From Vicugna vicugna (lineage: Eukaryota): a DNA stretch of 64,000 bases. The stretch lies in NCBI GenBank assembly GCA_013265495.1, contig MU058844.1:12546184-12610183 (forward strand), given 5' to 3'. A program made the translations under genes and the position numbers. Of the stretch, positions 13,083 through 29,010 are shown in pieces; positions within the stretch are counted from its first letter, which is position 1; every line of letters starts with the position of its first letter. The notes under the pieces are model-generated. The model was not told where the DNA came from. It was given only the letters and a program-made list of their open reading frames with translations, and ran no database searches.

Positions 13083-15239
13083 CATAAACTGACTTAAATA
13101 AATACTGGGTTTATTGGCTCATATTATGGTAAAGTCCAGAGATAGGCATGGTTTAGGTAGAGTAATAAAGATGTAAGTTATATTGCCATGACCCACATTC
13201 AGCCCTATTTCTCTCAGTCTCTCAATTCCACTCTCCACCATGTTAGTTTCATTATTATCAAACAGACTGTCGCCTCACAGGGCAACACAGTGAGGGCCAA
13301 TATCCTCCTCACTATACTCTGGAGCAAAAGAAGGATCCCCTCCCCAGTGTCTCAGTAGATGTATCACTGCATTGTGTTGGCTCTGATTGGCTCATGAGCC
13401 CATCCCTCATACAATTACTGTAGCCCAGAGAATGTGATGCTCTGGTTGGCTGAGCTGGAATCACCCATTTCTGCTGGAGAAGGTAACATGATTGGTAGCA
13501 CATTAACCAAACTAAAAATGCATTTAGAGAAGAATGGTGAATGGCAGTTCTGGGGCAAATAAAATAACAAGTGTGAACTACACCACGACTTGAGTAAAAT
13601 GTTATATTTTAAATAGGACTCCAAACTTCTGAGCTCACCAAGATGAAATAATTGCCAAATATCCCTCCATATAACAAAATACATTTGATCTGTTGCCTGG
13701 AATGATTTAGTCCTATCCAGTGCACCTGAAAGCTACAGGCCATTTGCCAGAAGTGACTATTCAGGTTTGGGCAAATCTCGTACTGATTTGTTCTTTTTGA
13801 CAGATACTAGCCAACGGCTTCAACAACCTCTCAATGTTAATTTCTAAATCATTTTGTTCCTTTCGGGCAGCTCTTTAATAAATCAAATACCTTGACTTAA
13901 AAGTACCCTCATGCTCTATCTAAAGTTTGTTCTTTGTTCATTTATTTAAGAAATCTTTATCGAGTGCTGATGAGGCATTTTGTTTACTGCTGGGGAAACA
14001 AGCCCAACGAACCAGGACCCCTGCCCCTGCCCTCACGGAGTGGACAGCAGTGAGCCTGAGAGTGGGATAACTTGCCCGCTGCTACAGTGACGTGCACCTC
14101 TTCAAGCGCATGAGTTAATTTTACACCCTTTTTAAAGGGTCTTGTACTGTAGATTTCACAGGTCATTAATCTGACCAAGCAAGGAGAACGCTTTGTTCTT
14201 GTGCAAACGTTCTCTGGGCTCTGAGGAAAGCATCACTAGCATTTAGACAGGGCTGGAGGCTGGAGAACAAGTGAAATTGGAAGAATTCATCCCGCCTGTG
14301 ATCTAGATCCCATTCCCTGTCCAGCTGCAATCTGGTAGACTTTTAAGGGTGGTTAGGAGGAAGGGAGCAGAGGATAACAAAAGAAAAAAGAACCAGAAGC
14401 ATAAAAAGGGGAGAAAGTTAGGAATGAGTAGGTGGGGGGGGGGGAAGAGTAGGTGAAATACAGATCAAATTGTGCCTTCTAGGGCACAAATAAATATTTG
14501 TCTATCGCTGGTTGTCAGCACTTACTTAGAGTTTCTGGGAAAGATGCCTCCTCTGATTCAGTGACTTTCTCTCATGTGATCTTCAAAACTTTGAACAAAC
14601 ACACTATTGATTAAAGACCCAGAAAACTAATTTTAAGCCACTCTGACTTAATTATGGCAAAGAATAATTGATTCCATATAAAATGTCACGTTACATTCAT
14701 GTCCTACCTCTTAGCTAAAACAATTCGGTTTAGAGATCAGTTACATACTTGGCTCACAAGAAGATGATATTTGACTGCAAAACAAAGGGAAGAAAATCAA
14801 AATGCAGATTCAAAGGAGTGGAAACTATGCATTTTCAAACAACGAGAATAATTATGTGTACAACATTGTAGGCTAGTCTTCAAAGAATGTAGGCAGTGAT
14901 TGATGTAAAGTATTTCTACCAGTAAACAAAAGACCTCTTTCAAATAAAGACAATAGCATACATAATTTACATGTATTGCTGAAAAAAAAAAGTTTCAAAA
15001 AGCATTTCTAATTAAGAAATCAAGGAGTCTCATACCAATGTTAGGATAAAGTTTGAACAGCTTACCGAATGAAAAAATTTAGAAAGATTTGCTTAAAATT
15101 ATTTCAAAGTGAGGAGAAAGAACTGGGGAGACTGGGTTAAGTTTGTGGTACCCAGCTGGGACAGCTTTCCACATGCAAGGCTCTGTTGCCTCTGGAAATA
15201 AAGTAGATCAAGTCACTCTTTTGCAGAAAATCTGTCACT

Positions 15240-15680
15240 ATTTCCCTTGTAAACATCAGAGTCCTGCTGGTGTCTTTTGTGCTCCTGCTCGATTTGACCC
15301 TTCTTTGCTACCTCATCTCCTCTAATTCTGTCCTTGACCACTGCCCTCCAGCCATGCTGGCTTCACATTGCTTCCCAACCACAGCCCTATGTCACCCCAG
15401 GGCTTTTGCATATGCCCTTGCCTTTGACTAGAACCCTCTTCTCTCAAGCTTCTACATGGTTCCCTCCATCCTTCAAGTCTCTTCAAGTGAGGCCACTCCT
15501 GACACCCTATTTAAAATTACAGACCTCTTCCCACATTCACCACTTCCTCCCCTGCTTTATTTCTCTCCATAACACTTTTCAAATGAGCCCCACAGGGGCC
15601 AAAATTTTTGTGTTTTGTTTCCTACTGTTCTGTGTCTGGTAGAGAGTAAGTGCTCAATAAATATTTGTTGAATGAATAAG
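15240..15680 (+). mobile_element. L2 3' fragment
   Basis: cccagggcttttgcatatgcc...ccctgctttatttctctccataacactt...gtgctcaataaatatttgttgaatgaat. Confidence 0.75.
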
Positions 15681-15770
15681 TGTTGATGTCTGAAAACAGG
15701 GCTGTCAGCATGGGAAGAGGTCTAGTTAATCAAGTGGGTAAAATCAGCTCCATCAAAAATCACATCTCCA

Positions 15771-15886
15771 GGGCCACCAACAAGCGAAGGAGAGAGACCT
15801 CAGAAAGAAACCAGTGCTGCCAACACCTTGATCTTGGACTTCTGGCCTCCGGAACTGTAAGAAGATAAATTTTTGTTATTTAAAAA
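15771..15886 (+). mobile_element. MaLR (MLT/MST-type) LTR fragment ending in poly(A)
   Basis: ctgccaacaccttgatcttggacttctggcctccggaactgtaagaagataaatttttgttattt followed by A10. Confidence 0.75.
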
Positions 15887-15936
15887 AAAAATTAACATTT
15901 CCAAGCACTAGACTAACTGTTAGAATATGAGTTCTC

Positions 15937-17076
15937 TTATTCTTTGCCTTTAAGTGATCTGTATTAGCCTTTGAAATCTTTGGTTAAGTGAATAAGTACT
16001 GTTTGGCAAATTCTGAAAGTTCTTTGGACCTCCAGCTAACTTTGAGATGCTTTAGAGAAACCCTGAGGCATCTCAGGTATTAAATTAACTAGGATCACAT
16101 GGTATGTTAAGTTAAATGTAATCAGTCATAATTCAAGTTATTGTAACCAAGCCTCTTTATTGATGACACTGAAATCAGATGTCTCATCGTGCTTTTTTAA
16201 GTTTTCTGTCATTTGTAGACAGTTATCATCATTGTACTCTGATGCTATTGCAAAAGAATTTCATCTTTAAGATTTGTGGGAACGTTATGGAAGTGGTTAC
16301 AACAGTTCCACATCGAGATGATGGCTGTGTAAGGATTCCAGCCCAGACTGTCCTCTGAGTCAAAACAAGGAGCTGTGCTGCCCTGGGGGCATTTAGATTA
16401 GGCATTCAGAAATTTTCAGTCCCTAATAGGCAGGGTCAATACCCCTATTCAGCCCTGAAGCAGCTACAGAAGACTGCTGCCCCTCTGCACCCCCAAAAGA
16501 ATATGGGGGCAAAATCTCTGAGTGAGGAATGAGACAGGAAGAAGGGGGGCAGGGCACAGCCAGTAAGGGAATGACACAGCAGTTAGCACCAAGATGGCGG
16601 AAAATTCAACTCCCAATAGGCCTTGGGGCCCAGGATGGCGGGAGATTTGACTTCCAGTAAACCTTGAGCTTCATTATACACTCATTGCAATATACTTGCA
16701 TGGTGAATGGCATTCTCATAGGAGCCATGACAGTTCTGAGGCTGACCATAAAAGGTCAAAAAGTGGGCAATGGTCCATTTCCTGGGAATCCCAGCCCCTT
16801 CCCCAAAGTATTTGGAATAACCCTCCCATTTCTTAGCATATGAAGTTACTGAGCCCATAAAAACTGACAACCCTGCACCTCGTGGCCTCTCGTTCTCTCA
16901 CCTTCAGAGAAGGCCCGTGCTCTGTCTGTGGAGTGTGTACCTACTCTTACTTTAAACTAAACACCTACCTCCATGCCTGGTGGCCTCTCTGGCCTTCTAA
17001 GATGGCCTGCACGCTGTACTCAATAGAGCATGTATCTCTCTGAATAAATCTACTTTTACTCAAAAAAAAAAAAAAA
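15937..17076 (+). mobile_element. ERV1 (MER41/MER4-group) 3' internal region plus 3' LTR U3-R, ending in poly(A)
   Basis: The LTR starts TGAGACAGG at 16530 after a purine-rich tract. MER41-like body (gccatgacagtt...ccataaaagg...ccccttcccc...tggaataaccctccc), AATAAA at 17043-17048, then A15 at 17062-17076. Confidence 0.75.
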
Positions 17077-17471
17077 TCTGGGCTCTCGTAAATGCAGAGC
17101 CTCAAACAAAGGCAGGCATGCAGGAATTTTATTTGCCAAGTGATGCCAAGCATCAGGAAAGTGGGACAAAGAGGAGTGAAATAAATAAGAGTTAGTGAAA
17201 TGGCAACAGAGGGAAGCCAATACACAGGACTAATTAATGAAGCGGAGCAATAGCCTCAAAGCAAGTAGAGGCAGCAGACAGGCCGGGGAGGTAACGTCCA
17301 AGACTGGGGCCAATAAACCGCGTAGGGGCAGGTCTGGAGAAGACAGTGGGTGGGGTTGATGTCGGACAGGGCCACAAAGCCAGGCAGAGCTGCGGAGACT
17401 GACAGGTTCTAACTTCGTAGAGTTATTTCTCATGTCAGGTTTGGAACAATTGTTCAGAAAGGCCTAATCGA

Positions 17472-19813
<2,342 letters not shown>

Positions 19814-21617
19814 ATAATAGTCATTGGAAGCTTCACCATCTGAATCTGGACATTAATTTGAAACAAAAGGAGATCATTTCACTCTGAAGAAAATTAAAAG
19901 TGTGGCATGTTAAAGAGAAACTAACATCTGGCCCTGGACCTTTCTGATTATCTTTCTCGCAGAGAAGATAACTAAGTGATGAGAAAAAGGAGGGAAAGAA
20001 ACCCTTCGGTCTAATACACATCTTATGAAGTCACATTCAACACCCTGAAGAAGAAAGTAAAAGGGGTAGTTGAATTCAAGAATGCGCATGGAAAAGTTTG
20101 TCAGTGCCTACCTATAAGCACCTTGTTAAACTGGCGAAACTAGAGTTAAATACATAAAACATTAAAAATCAGATGAAATGGCATGCTCAAGAGCTAAATT
20201 AAATATAAACCAAGAGGTAGAACACATATTATAGATAATGAGGACTCTGATGAGAAGGTAGCCAGTGTTTTAAGTCAAAGAATAGTTCCTAAGATCTAAG
20301 ATTGAGAGGTTTTTTTTTCCATATAGACAAAGATGGAAAGGAGCTGGTAGCTGGCACAGAGGGAAGGAATACAGTTATTTTCCTCAAATATTAAAATGAC
20401 AGCTACTTGGCCACAATTATCATCATCCTCTTATATCAACATGCAGAGAGCATGGTCGACTGGCAAACTGGGACGTAGTCGGGGTTCTCGCCTGCTGTTA
20501 AGTAGCTACACGACACTGGGCAATTATAGTCTCCCTTTTCCCTAATCTGAACACTGGAGGAACTGCAGATAATCTTCCCACTCATAGGACTGTAGAGATA
20601 ACCTATGTGAAAGTGCTTTGGAAAAAATAAAAAGTAGTCAGAGCCTTAAATAATACATTCCAGCACTTAGAAGAGCTGTTTTATGTCAAAAAAAAAAGAA
20701 AGGAATGGTTTTCCTGTGATTTAAGAAGACTGTAATTTCAGTGGCGTGTTCATCAGTAGTAAATACTATCTCCTTTCACTACTACTGAAAAACCATCTAT
20801 CAAGTGCTGAATTGCACAAATGCCAATAATTACTTAGTTGCCCTCCTCAAATCCTCCCTAAACTGGTCACAGTCATGATAAACAGCTAACAGAGAAGTGG
20901 CTGGCCGACGGAAAGTGGCAGTGGTGAGCAAACGCTGGCTTAGAGTCCAAAATAAATACCAAATCGTTTAAAAATAGCTGCATGATTTCGTAAACGCTAG
21001 AACACATACACACAAAACTCTTCAAGTTACTTGGGTAAACTGTGATAAACATGATAAAAATATCCTGAATTTTAAAATCAGACATGAACTTTCCCAAGTT
21101 CTCTCTTCAATCCTTAGCAAAGTGTCCTTCTAGAGAGTCTGTAGAATCTGGATGGAATTGGGGAAACAATGTCTGTTTGTCTGTTTCTGGGTCACAGCTA
21201 TCCAGCCTTGTATATATTTCTGTATCTTCAAAGATTCAATTTAATCGCTTATAAAAATAGGATAATAGTTTCTCCCCTGCCCATTGTGTGGTGCTTTAAA
21301 AGGACCAAATGTGAAAATGTCTTGAAAACAGAGGAGGCTTACATAAGGGAGATATATCTCTACCAGTTTTCATTATGGTCCAAGGCTCTGGAACTTCATC
21401 TGGGGAAAAAAACCAGAGGTGGTGAGCAGTGGAGAATCTAAAGAGTTATTAAAGGCCACCATCAATGATAAAAGGACAGAATCCTCTTTAGAGGATTTTG
21501 TTAGAAATGAGGCAAAAAGAAACCAAAAATAATGGACTGGCAATCTCTAAGCAACCAGCTTCTGGTTTCTAGGAATCTGTATCTGTCTAGCCAAAAATCA
21601 AGAAGTGATATATTGCA

Positions 21618-21880
21618 GGGGTAGGGAGGGGAGGATAAATGAGGAGTTTGGGATTAACAAATACACACTACTATATATAAGATAGAAAAACAACAAGGAC
21701 CTTCTATACAGCACAGGGAACTGTACTCAGTATGTTTGTGATAACCTATAATGGAAAAGAATCTGAAAAAGAATGCAGATATAACTGAATCACTTTTCTG
21801 TACACCTGAAACTAATACAACATTGTAAATCAACTATACTTCAACTTAAAAATACTATATATTAAAAAAGAATAAAGCTA
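21618..21880 (+). mobile_element. L1 3' UTR end, artiodactyl type
   Basis: ggagtttgggattaacaaatacacactact...cagcacagggaact...tgtacacctgaaactaatacaacattgtaaatcaactatacttcaa followed by an A-rich tail. Degenerate flanking repeat agaagtgatatattgca/agaaagtgttacgttgca. Confidence 0.88.
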
Positions 21881-24800
21881 CAGAAAGTGTTACGTTGCAT
21901 AAATGGAACAGATTCATAGCAAATATATCCAAATGTATTTATTCAAATAAAATGTTGTCTCCCTCAAAATAACCACATGCATCTTCTTTTTCCAAATAGA
22001 CAACTCCCCTTTTCCCTGGTTCAAAACATTTTTAGATTTGCTTCACATTTGGTTTGTCAACCAAAATGATGTTGCTCAGAGTTGGCCCCTGCAGTTTTGG
22101 TTCCTGTCCCAAAAATGCAATCTGTTGTTGAAGGCTGACATTTCTCAACGGGGATTATTCAAAAGAAAGTACCGAAAGTCTTCAATCACAGGCAGTCACG
22201 AAAGGGTCTTCAAACTGCTTTAGCAATGGCCGCTTCGACGTTAATACTATGTAGCTTTACCTACAGTTGTACAGGGAACTGCCTGGAAGGGCCTGAGAGA
22301 GTTCCGGTTTTGTTCTATTGTTAACCAGTCACATTACATCATAGTGACACCTTGTGCGTTTGTGTGTGTGGATGCTCAGCTGCACCTGAACGGATCTGTA
22401 GCTGCAGGCGTGAGCTGTCAATCACAGCAGGCATTCTTTAGCATCCTTTAGACTGCTGCCTTTTTACCTGGAGCAACTGATGTAAATTTGACTCTCTAGA
22501 CTCTGCTTTATTAGAGTGAAAAACTAGTTTTACCTACTGGTCATTATTCTTTATCTCAGTGGCCTGTTCTTATTTTCATCATACTTCCTTATCTCAAATG
22601 ATTTTGTTACCCTGTTGGTTGCTTTTTCTCCCAATTTAGACTATAAGTCCCATCTGAGCAGGGCCTTCTGGATCCTGTTCAACTCTGCAGCCCAAGGGCT
22701 GGAGCATAACAGATGCTTAATAAGTATTTTTAAGAGGAGGGGGGTCCCAGGTCTGGGCTGAGGTTTTATTCACTTCTCTATGAAGGAGGTTGGCTGATGG
22801 TTCATCTACACTGAGTCAGAAACAGGTGAGGGAGCCAAGGTCATTTAGCTGCACTTTCCTCCCCAATCCCCTCCACCCACACCCATCACCTCTGCCAGTT
22901 CCCACCCTCCTCACATCTGCATTCTTGGATAAATGTTCTCAGTCTTAAAGTATTGAGCAAATGCAGCTTCTGCCAACAATTCCAGCCACTGCTGTCCTTT
23001 TCTGCATAGAAATTATGGAGCTGCCAAGGAAACCCAAAGTTTTGAGTGTTTTATTTTGGGCGGGTGCTATGGTATTGCTCTGGCTCCTACAGCAGCTGGC
23101 TGTCTCTGTGTATGTCTTTCTGTTTCTCCCTCTCTCTCCGTCTCCCTTCCCCTCTCCCTCTCTGTCTGCCCCACCAAGATCAAGGCTCATATCGCACTCT
23201 GCCCCAGTCAGGGGTCATGGACAGGGATAACTGTCATAATCGCTGAAGTCTGAAATGCAGGCATTAGACATTTTCTCCAAGTGAGCTTATACTTACAGTC
23301 AGCTTTGGGGGTGGGGGTCACGGTAAAAACGGTTTGTTAAATGTAAACAGTTAAAATCAATGTTATCCCTTTTGGGCATTTCTCCATTTTTAAAGATACT
23401 GGGAGTCCCAAGAAATGGAACTGGCTTGGACCTTCTCCATATCTGAAAGGTCCTGAATATGATGGAAAACTCTGGGGATTTCTACCCTGAGGAGAGAGTC
23501 AAAACCTGTGGGTTGGGACCTAGTGCCTCCACCTGCCAGCTGTGTGACCTTGGCCAAGTCACCAGCCCTCGGTGTGAAAAGAAGGGCAAGTCCAGAAATG
23601 CTTTCATCCCCACCAGCTAGCAAATTCTCTGATATTAAAAAATGAGAATTTTTACCACCAATTCCTTTTCACCTTTGTTTTGGCTGCTACGTTTACAACA
23701 GAAGGGGCTAAAATAAACTGACCTTTTTGAAGATGACTTTTATTATATGGAATTAAGAGTTTACCATTAACAAACTTCAAGAAACTGAACAGAGGGTGGA
23801 GCTGAAAGTAAAGTATCAGTCGGTTTACTGAGAAATTGCATTTTTTGCACCTCAGTGGCTAAGCTAATTAAAAAAAAAAAAAACTTCTTGACGCTTCTAG
23901 CCACTGGATCACAGGGGACTGACTCATCTCAACACGCTTCACAACTAGTCAGGTGGAGCCAGTTTGTATTATTATCTGTAATTAAAAACATCTAACTCAA
24001 AGGGAACAAAAACCAGAAGGGGGAGGGGAAATGGCAGAGAAAGTGAATTTGGTCTACACATGCTTCACAAATAATAAGCAACGGAGGAGAAAGGAATGTC
24101 TGTTTTGAGTTGGATAGCTAATGACTAGCATAAGGCAAGAGCCAAAAGTCTTTCTAAAAAAGGGAATTCTCAAATTCCTCCATTCTTATCAAAACCTCTT
24201 AAGTAGATAATGTCACTGGCTTCCTTCAAATAGATGAACTCAGTTTTCCCGGGTTCCCATCCCTGTGGTCACTCTTACACCCTTTTCCCCCAACATAGTG
24301 TTTAAAATCTGGGGGGCAGACATTAAAATAGAGAAAGACACTTCAGAAGAAAAGACCTGATTTCTGGTTTCTCCAAAAATTACAAGATCTGGTGACAATG
24401 GACCCCCCCCATGTTCTCTCCATTCTCTCTACCCCCTCTGCTTTCCTCCCTCCCTTCTCCCTGTCCCTTCTCTTCTCGCTTCTGGGGGGGAGGGCATTCT
24501 CTCCCCCCAGTTCTATCTCCACACCTCATCCTCCCCCTACTCCTTGTCCTCCCCTCTTCTCTCCTCTTCTCCTGGTTTCCTCTCCCTCCCTCCCAATCTC
24601 TCTTTAAAAACCCCAGTCCACTTTATTTACTTATTTAGATTTCCTGCCTGGCCCCTTTGGGACTTGAGTTTTCTTCCCCTGGTCACAAGGCGGGTTGGGT
24701 CTGTGTTTGCATTTCCTTTGTTTACACTACATTTTTAAAAGGTTTTCCTGCTCCTGAGTTTTTGTCTTAATGTCAGTATAATATGACCAACTTAGTAGTA

Positions 24801-26109
24801 AAAGACCAGAAAGATCGACTTTATTTAGATGTGTGTCAGTGATATAAACAGAGAAGGTACAAAGAGCGAGGGTATTAGAACTGTGAATGGAAACAAATAG
24901 GTACAAATTAAGAAAAGTGAGGAAATTTCACCAGCAGACTAAAAAATCCCAGAATCCATTAAAATGAATCTGTAGTTAAGAGAACCTGATCTCATTAAGC
25001 TTCCAACCTTAAGGGACTGACTTTATGGGAACCCTGATAATAAACTAGTCTTTAAAATATGTGTGCTTGAGTAATTGACTAGTATGTATTCTAAACCAGT
25101 TAAATGCTGGGACTATAACTACCACCAGTGAAGTCCTTGGGTACAGGTCAGGAGCTCTTCAATTTATCACCTTGGAAGATTTTATTAAAAAAAAAAACAC
25201 TCATGTTTAAATCCACTCCAAGGGTTTAGGATTTAATTGGTGTGCAGTGTGGCCTGCACATTGGGATTTTAAAAAATCTCGCCAGGTGCTTCTAAAATGT
25301 GACAAAATTTTATAAGGACTGCTGTAGGCGGTGCTTTAACTGTAATTAAACATTAGGGCTATTGCCTCTAAACACCGATCTTAGTTCTTGAAAGAAAAGA
25401 AAATCCTCTGCCTATCCCCATAGCTGGAGGCAGAGGGCTGCAGGCAACTCCTCCAAAAGGTGTGTCCTGCCATTTAACTAAGGATATGAGAGAAGAGGAG
25501 GCCAGAGGGTAAATTGTTTTACCCCAAACGAAAATGTTATCTGATCCACCAATGGAAATTCCACAGTATTATCGGAACTTCATTCCTGAAATGAGCCTTG
25601 ATATCCCCATCTGTAAAATGGAGACAATTAATTCCTCCCTTTGAAGGATGCTGTGAAGACTAAATGAGATCATCTATATAAAGCAATGGTTGGCTCTGAA
25701 TAAACAGTAACAATTTTTTTAATTCAATATTCAGTGGCTTTAGTTGTTCCTCAAAACCCTAGCCAATAACTCTAGCTAAGATTAATCTCTCCTCCCTGGC
25801 ATTACAAAGCACTCCAATTTCAAGTGACCTGGTATTGTTCTGTACTTGTTCAACCAATGTGGTCTTACTGGATAGACAAGAATTATTTGAAAGAAAGGGA
25901 AATTAAAGAGATCATTTATCAGCAATGAAGGCCCGCTTGTGGCTCACACTATTTAACACAACACATTGAAAGACTCTACCCTAAAACTGTCAGAAGAAAC
26001 TGGCCATGAATTTTAAAGTGATACCCAGAAAAATCAATGAGGCAGGAGTTGAGGAAGGAGCGTGGAATCACATTTTCCTTTTCAAAGGGAGAATAACTCA
26101 TCATTTATG

Positions 26110-27280
26110 GATTACTTTTTCATTGCAGCTGTAACAAATTACCACAAACTTGGTGGCTTCCACACCGCAAATTCATTATCATACAGTCCGTATGTTATGA
26201 AAGGTAACAACATTCACCTCCCCCAAATACGCCGCTTTGGCGCACTGATCATTCTGAGCAGTAGGCACTGGGAAAATAGCAAATGCAGGGGAGGTTTCTC
26301 TCTTCCCCCCTTACCTACCTACAGACAGAATCTCCAAAACAAACTCGACTGTCATAAATCCCCTTCCCAGGAATTGCCTCAGCCAGAGAAGACTGACGTT
26401 TACCGCCAGAGACACGCAGTCGACATCAAATCCAGACCAACTTTGTCACAAACGATTATAGCTCCCATCTGTACTTCCAAGGGCCTGTTCATCTTTCATA
26501 AGCATCATTTGCTCTCCTCTAAGAGGTTTACACCCCTCCTTCCCTGTTAATATGGTGTTTAATCCTGAATTCTAAACCTACGTTTTTGAGTTACTCGTTT
26601 TCCTGGGTATCTCCCGTGCATACACGAGGTACACACGTTAATAAACTTCTGTTTGTTTGTCTCTCTTTTAATACAGGGCATTTCAGCCAAGAACTCAGAA
26701 AGGTAGAGGGAAAATTAATATTTGTTCCCCATAGTTAGAAACAGGACATGGATTCCGCTGGGCTAAAAGCAAGGGCTGGCAAGGTACATGGCTTTCTGGG
26801 AGCTCAAGGGAGAATCCTTTACCTGGCTTTTTCCAGCTCCTAGAGTCTGCTCTCCTTGACTCTTGCTCCCTTCAGGAAACTTCAAAGCTGACATCATTAA
26901 GCAGAGCCCTTCTTCATGCTGCCAGCTCTCTGGATCTCTTTCCTATATCACATCTCCCTCTGACTCTGTCTCTTCTGCTTCTCTTTTCCACTGTGAGGAA
27001 TGCTTGTGATTAAAATGGTCCCACCTGGATAATCCAGCATCAGCTTCCTATTATAAGGTTAGCTGATTAGCAATTGATTCCATCTGCTCCCAAATTCCTC
27101 CTTTGCCATGTGACCTAACATAGTCACAAAGCAACAAACTAGGGGGAGAGAAATTCAACTAGACTGCCAGGTGGGTTGCAGTCAGTGATCATCCTCTCTC
27201 AGCTCAGTCAAAACTGACTTATCCCAGTTCCCAGGATTAGGATGGGGACATCGTTGGGGGCCATTATTCTGCCTATTACA
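26110..27280 (-). mobile_element. MLT1 (MaLR) LTR interrupted by an ERV1 LTR
   Basis: ttgcagctgtaacaaattaccacaaacttggtggctt...ccttt gccatgtgacctaacatagtcac...ggggccattattctgcctattaca. Confidence 0.8.
26196..26733 (+). mobile_element. ERV1 solo LTR (MER34-like) nested in MLT1
   Basis: Contains aataaacttctgtttg...cagccaagaactcagaaaggtagagggaaaa...cccc. The MLT1 sequence resumes after it. Confidence 0.6.
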
Positions 27281-28489
27281 TTTTGAACTCACCCTGAGAA
27301 GCTACTTAGGATCAAGAGTTTGTAAAGAAGTTTGTCTGGTACAAGACAGAAGACCGTGACAGTAACTGACAAGTGGCTCACTCACAAGGCCATCAGGCCC
27401 CTTCTCCTCCACGCCTGATCCATGGCAGACATTGCTAATCAACCAGGAATAATCGTAACCTTATAATCCTTCTGCACACAGCATGCTAGGTAATCCACCA
27501 GTACATTAATCAGACTTGGCAAGCAAACTGAAATCTATTTTCCATACTAACTCAGAACAGTTTTAGTAGAAAGAGACATTCTCTCGGGGCCTTTTTTGGC
27601 ATAAGATGTTGATCCAATGTTTTTAAATTGGCAGACAAAAGGAGTCCCAGCTGGGCTAAATAAAGAGATCATAATAAGATAGTAAAATAAGTGGAATAAT
27701 TTATTCAGCGCTTGACAGAAATCTGTGTTCCTACGACAACTTGTAGAAAATCCATTCAGGAACTAAGAAAGTCTGCATTTATTACTGGCCCTGCCCACAT
27801 AACTCAAAAGCCTTCTCTTGAGATTTATTATAACAAATCTTTTTTTTCTAAGAGAATATTTTGCTTAGATAAATATTTGAATATATGTTTATATATAGTT
27901 ATCTGAAAGCTTTTACTATTCTAAAACACAACACTCTGATCTTTTACAAGTAATACATAATTATGGTAGTGAATTTAGGAAAAACAAAGAAGAAACAAAA
28001 AAGAAAAACCACATGTAATTCTATCTGTCAGAAGTAAATTTTGGTTCTCATTCTGCCAGATGTATTTACATTCATTTATTCATTCAGCATATTTTTATTG
28101 AGCTTTTGTGCCAGGCACTATTCTAGGTTTTGAGAGGACAGAATGAAAAAGATTAAAAAAAGATTTATACCATCAATGAACCCAGTTATGTAGCAAAAAA
28201 AAAATTACACCAAAAATGATACTATATTTTTCATATTGTTTTTAACTGGCTATTTCTATATGCTAGTTTTTTTTTAATATCCCTCTAATTTTGTCAGGTT
28301 TTTGTGGTTTCCCAACATTCTTGTTGCTCTGAGAGACAAGATGATCACTAATTGCTATATAATTGGTAGACCAGTCCGACTTGTCTTTCCATCGTTGAAT
28401 ACTATGTGATCAGGAAGAAATCTTCCCCAAAAGAGAGAATGTTGTGAATTCTCACACCACAAAAGGAACTGGGAGAGCTTCATTCATCT

Positions 28490-29010
28490 TGTGCCAGTTA
28501 TATATTGCTGCATGGTGTGTCCTCATAAAAAAAACTTAGTGGCTTAAGACAACAATGTTCATTATATTATTATTAACTCTCACCATTCTGAAGGTTTTCC
28601 TTGGCTCAGAGGGGCAATTCCCTGTTGGAGATTTTCCCTCATGTGGTCTGACAGTTCTTGGTACTGAAGTCACCTCTCAGGTTTCTTTATTCACATGGCC
28701 CATCATTATGGCTGTTGGCTGGGATGTGCAGCCTGGAGCACCCACACAGCCTCTCTGTGTGGCCTTGGCTTCTTCAACCATGGTTGTTGGGTTTCAAGTT
28801 CAAGTGTCCCAAAAGCACTTGGCAGAAGCTATATTGCCTGTTATGACTTAGCCTCAGACATCACCTAGGGTGACTGCCCCTGTGGTCACAGGCCTATCGG
28901 ATTCAAGGGGAGGAAACAGAGATACTATTGCTTGACAGGAGGGGTATCAACGTCACATTGTAAGCGGTGAGGTAGACTGTGGTGACCATTTGGATGCAGT
29001 CTGCCATCTG
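28490..29010 (-). mobile_element. MLT1 (MaLR) LTR
   Basis: tattgctgc...aaaacttagtggcttaagacaacaat...ttatgacttagcctcagacatcac...gattcaaggggaggaaacaga. Confidence 0.75.

Noticed and set aside
24400..24605. Long pyrimidine-rich tract (H-DNA candidate)
   Set aside because: Low complexity, with no clear long mirror symmetry or associated exon.
26062..26550. 162-aa ORF
   Set aside because: It spans an MLT1/ERV1 LTR junction and has no domain signature.
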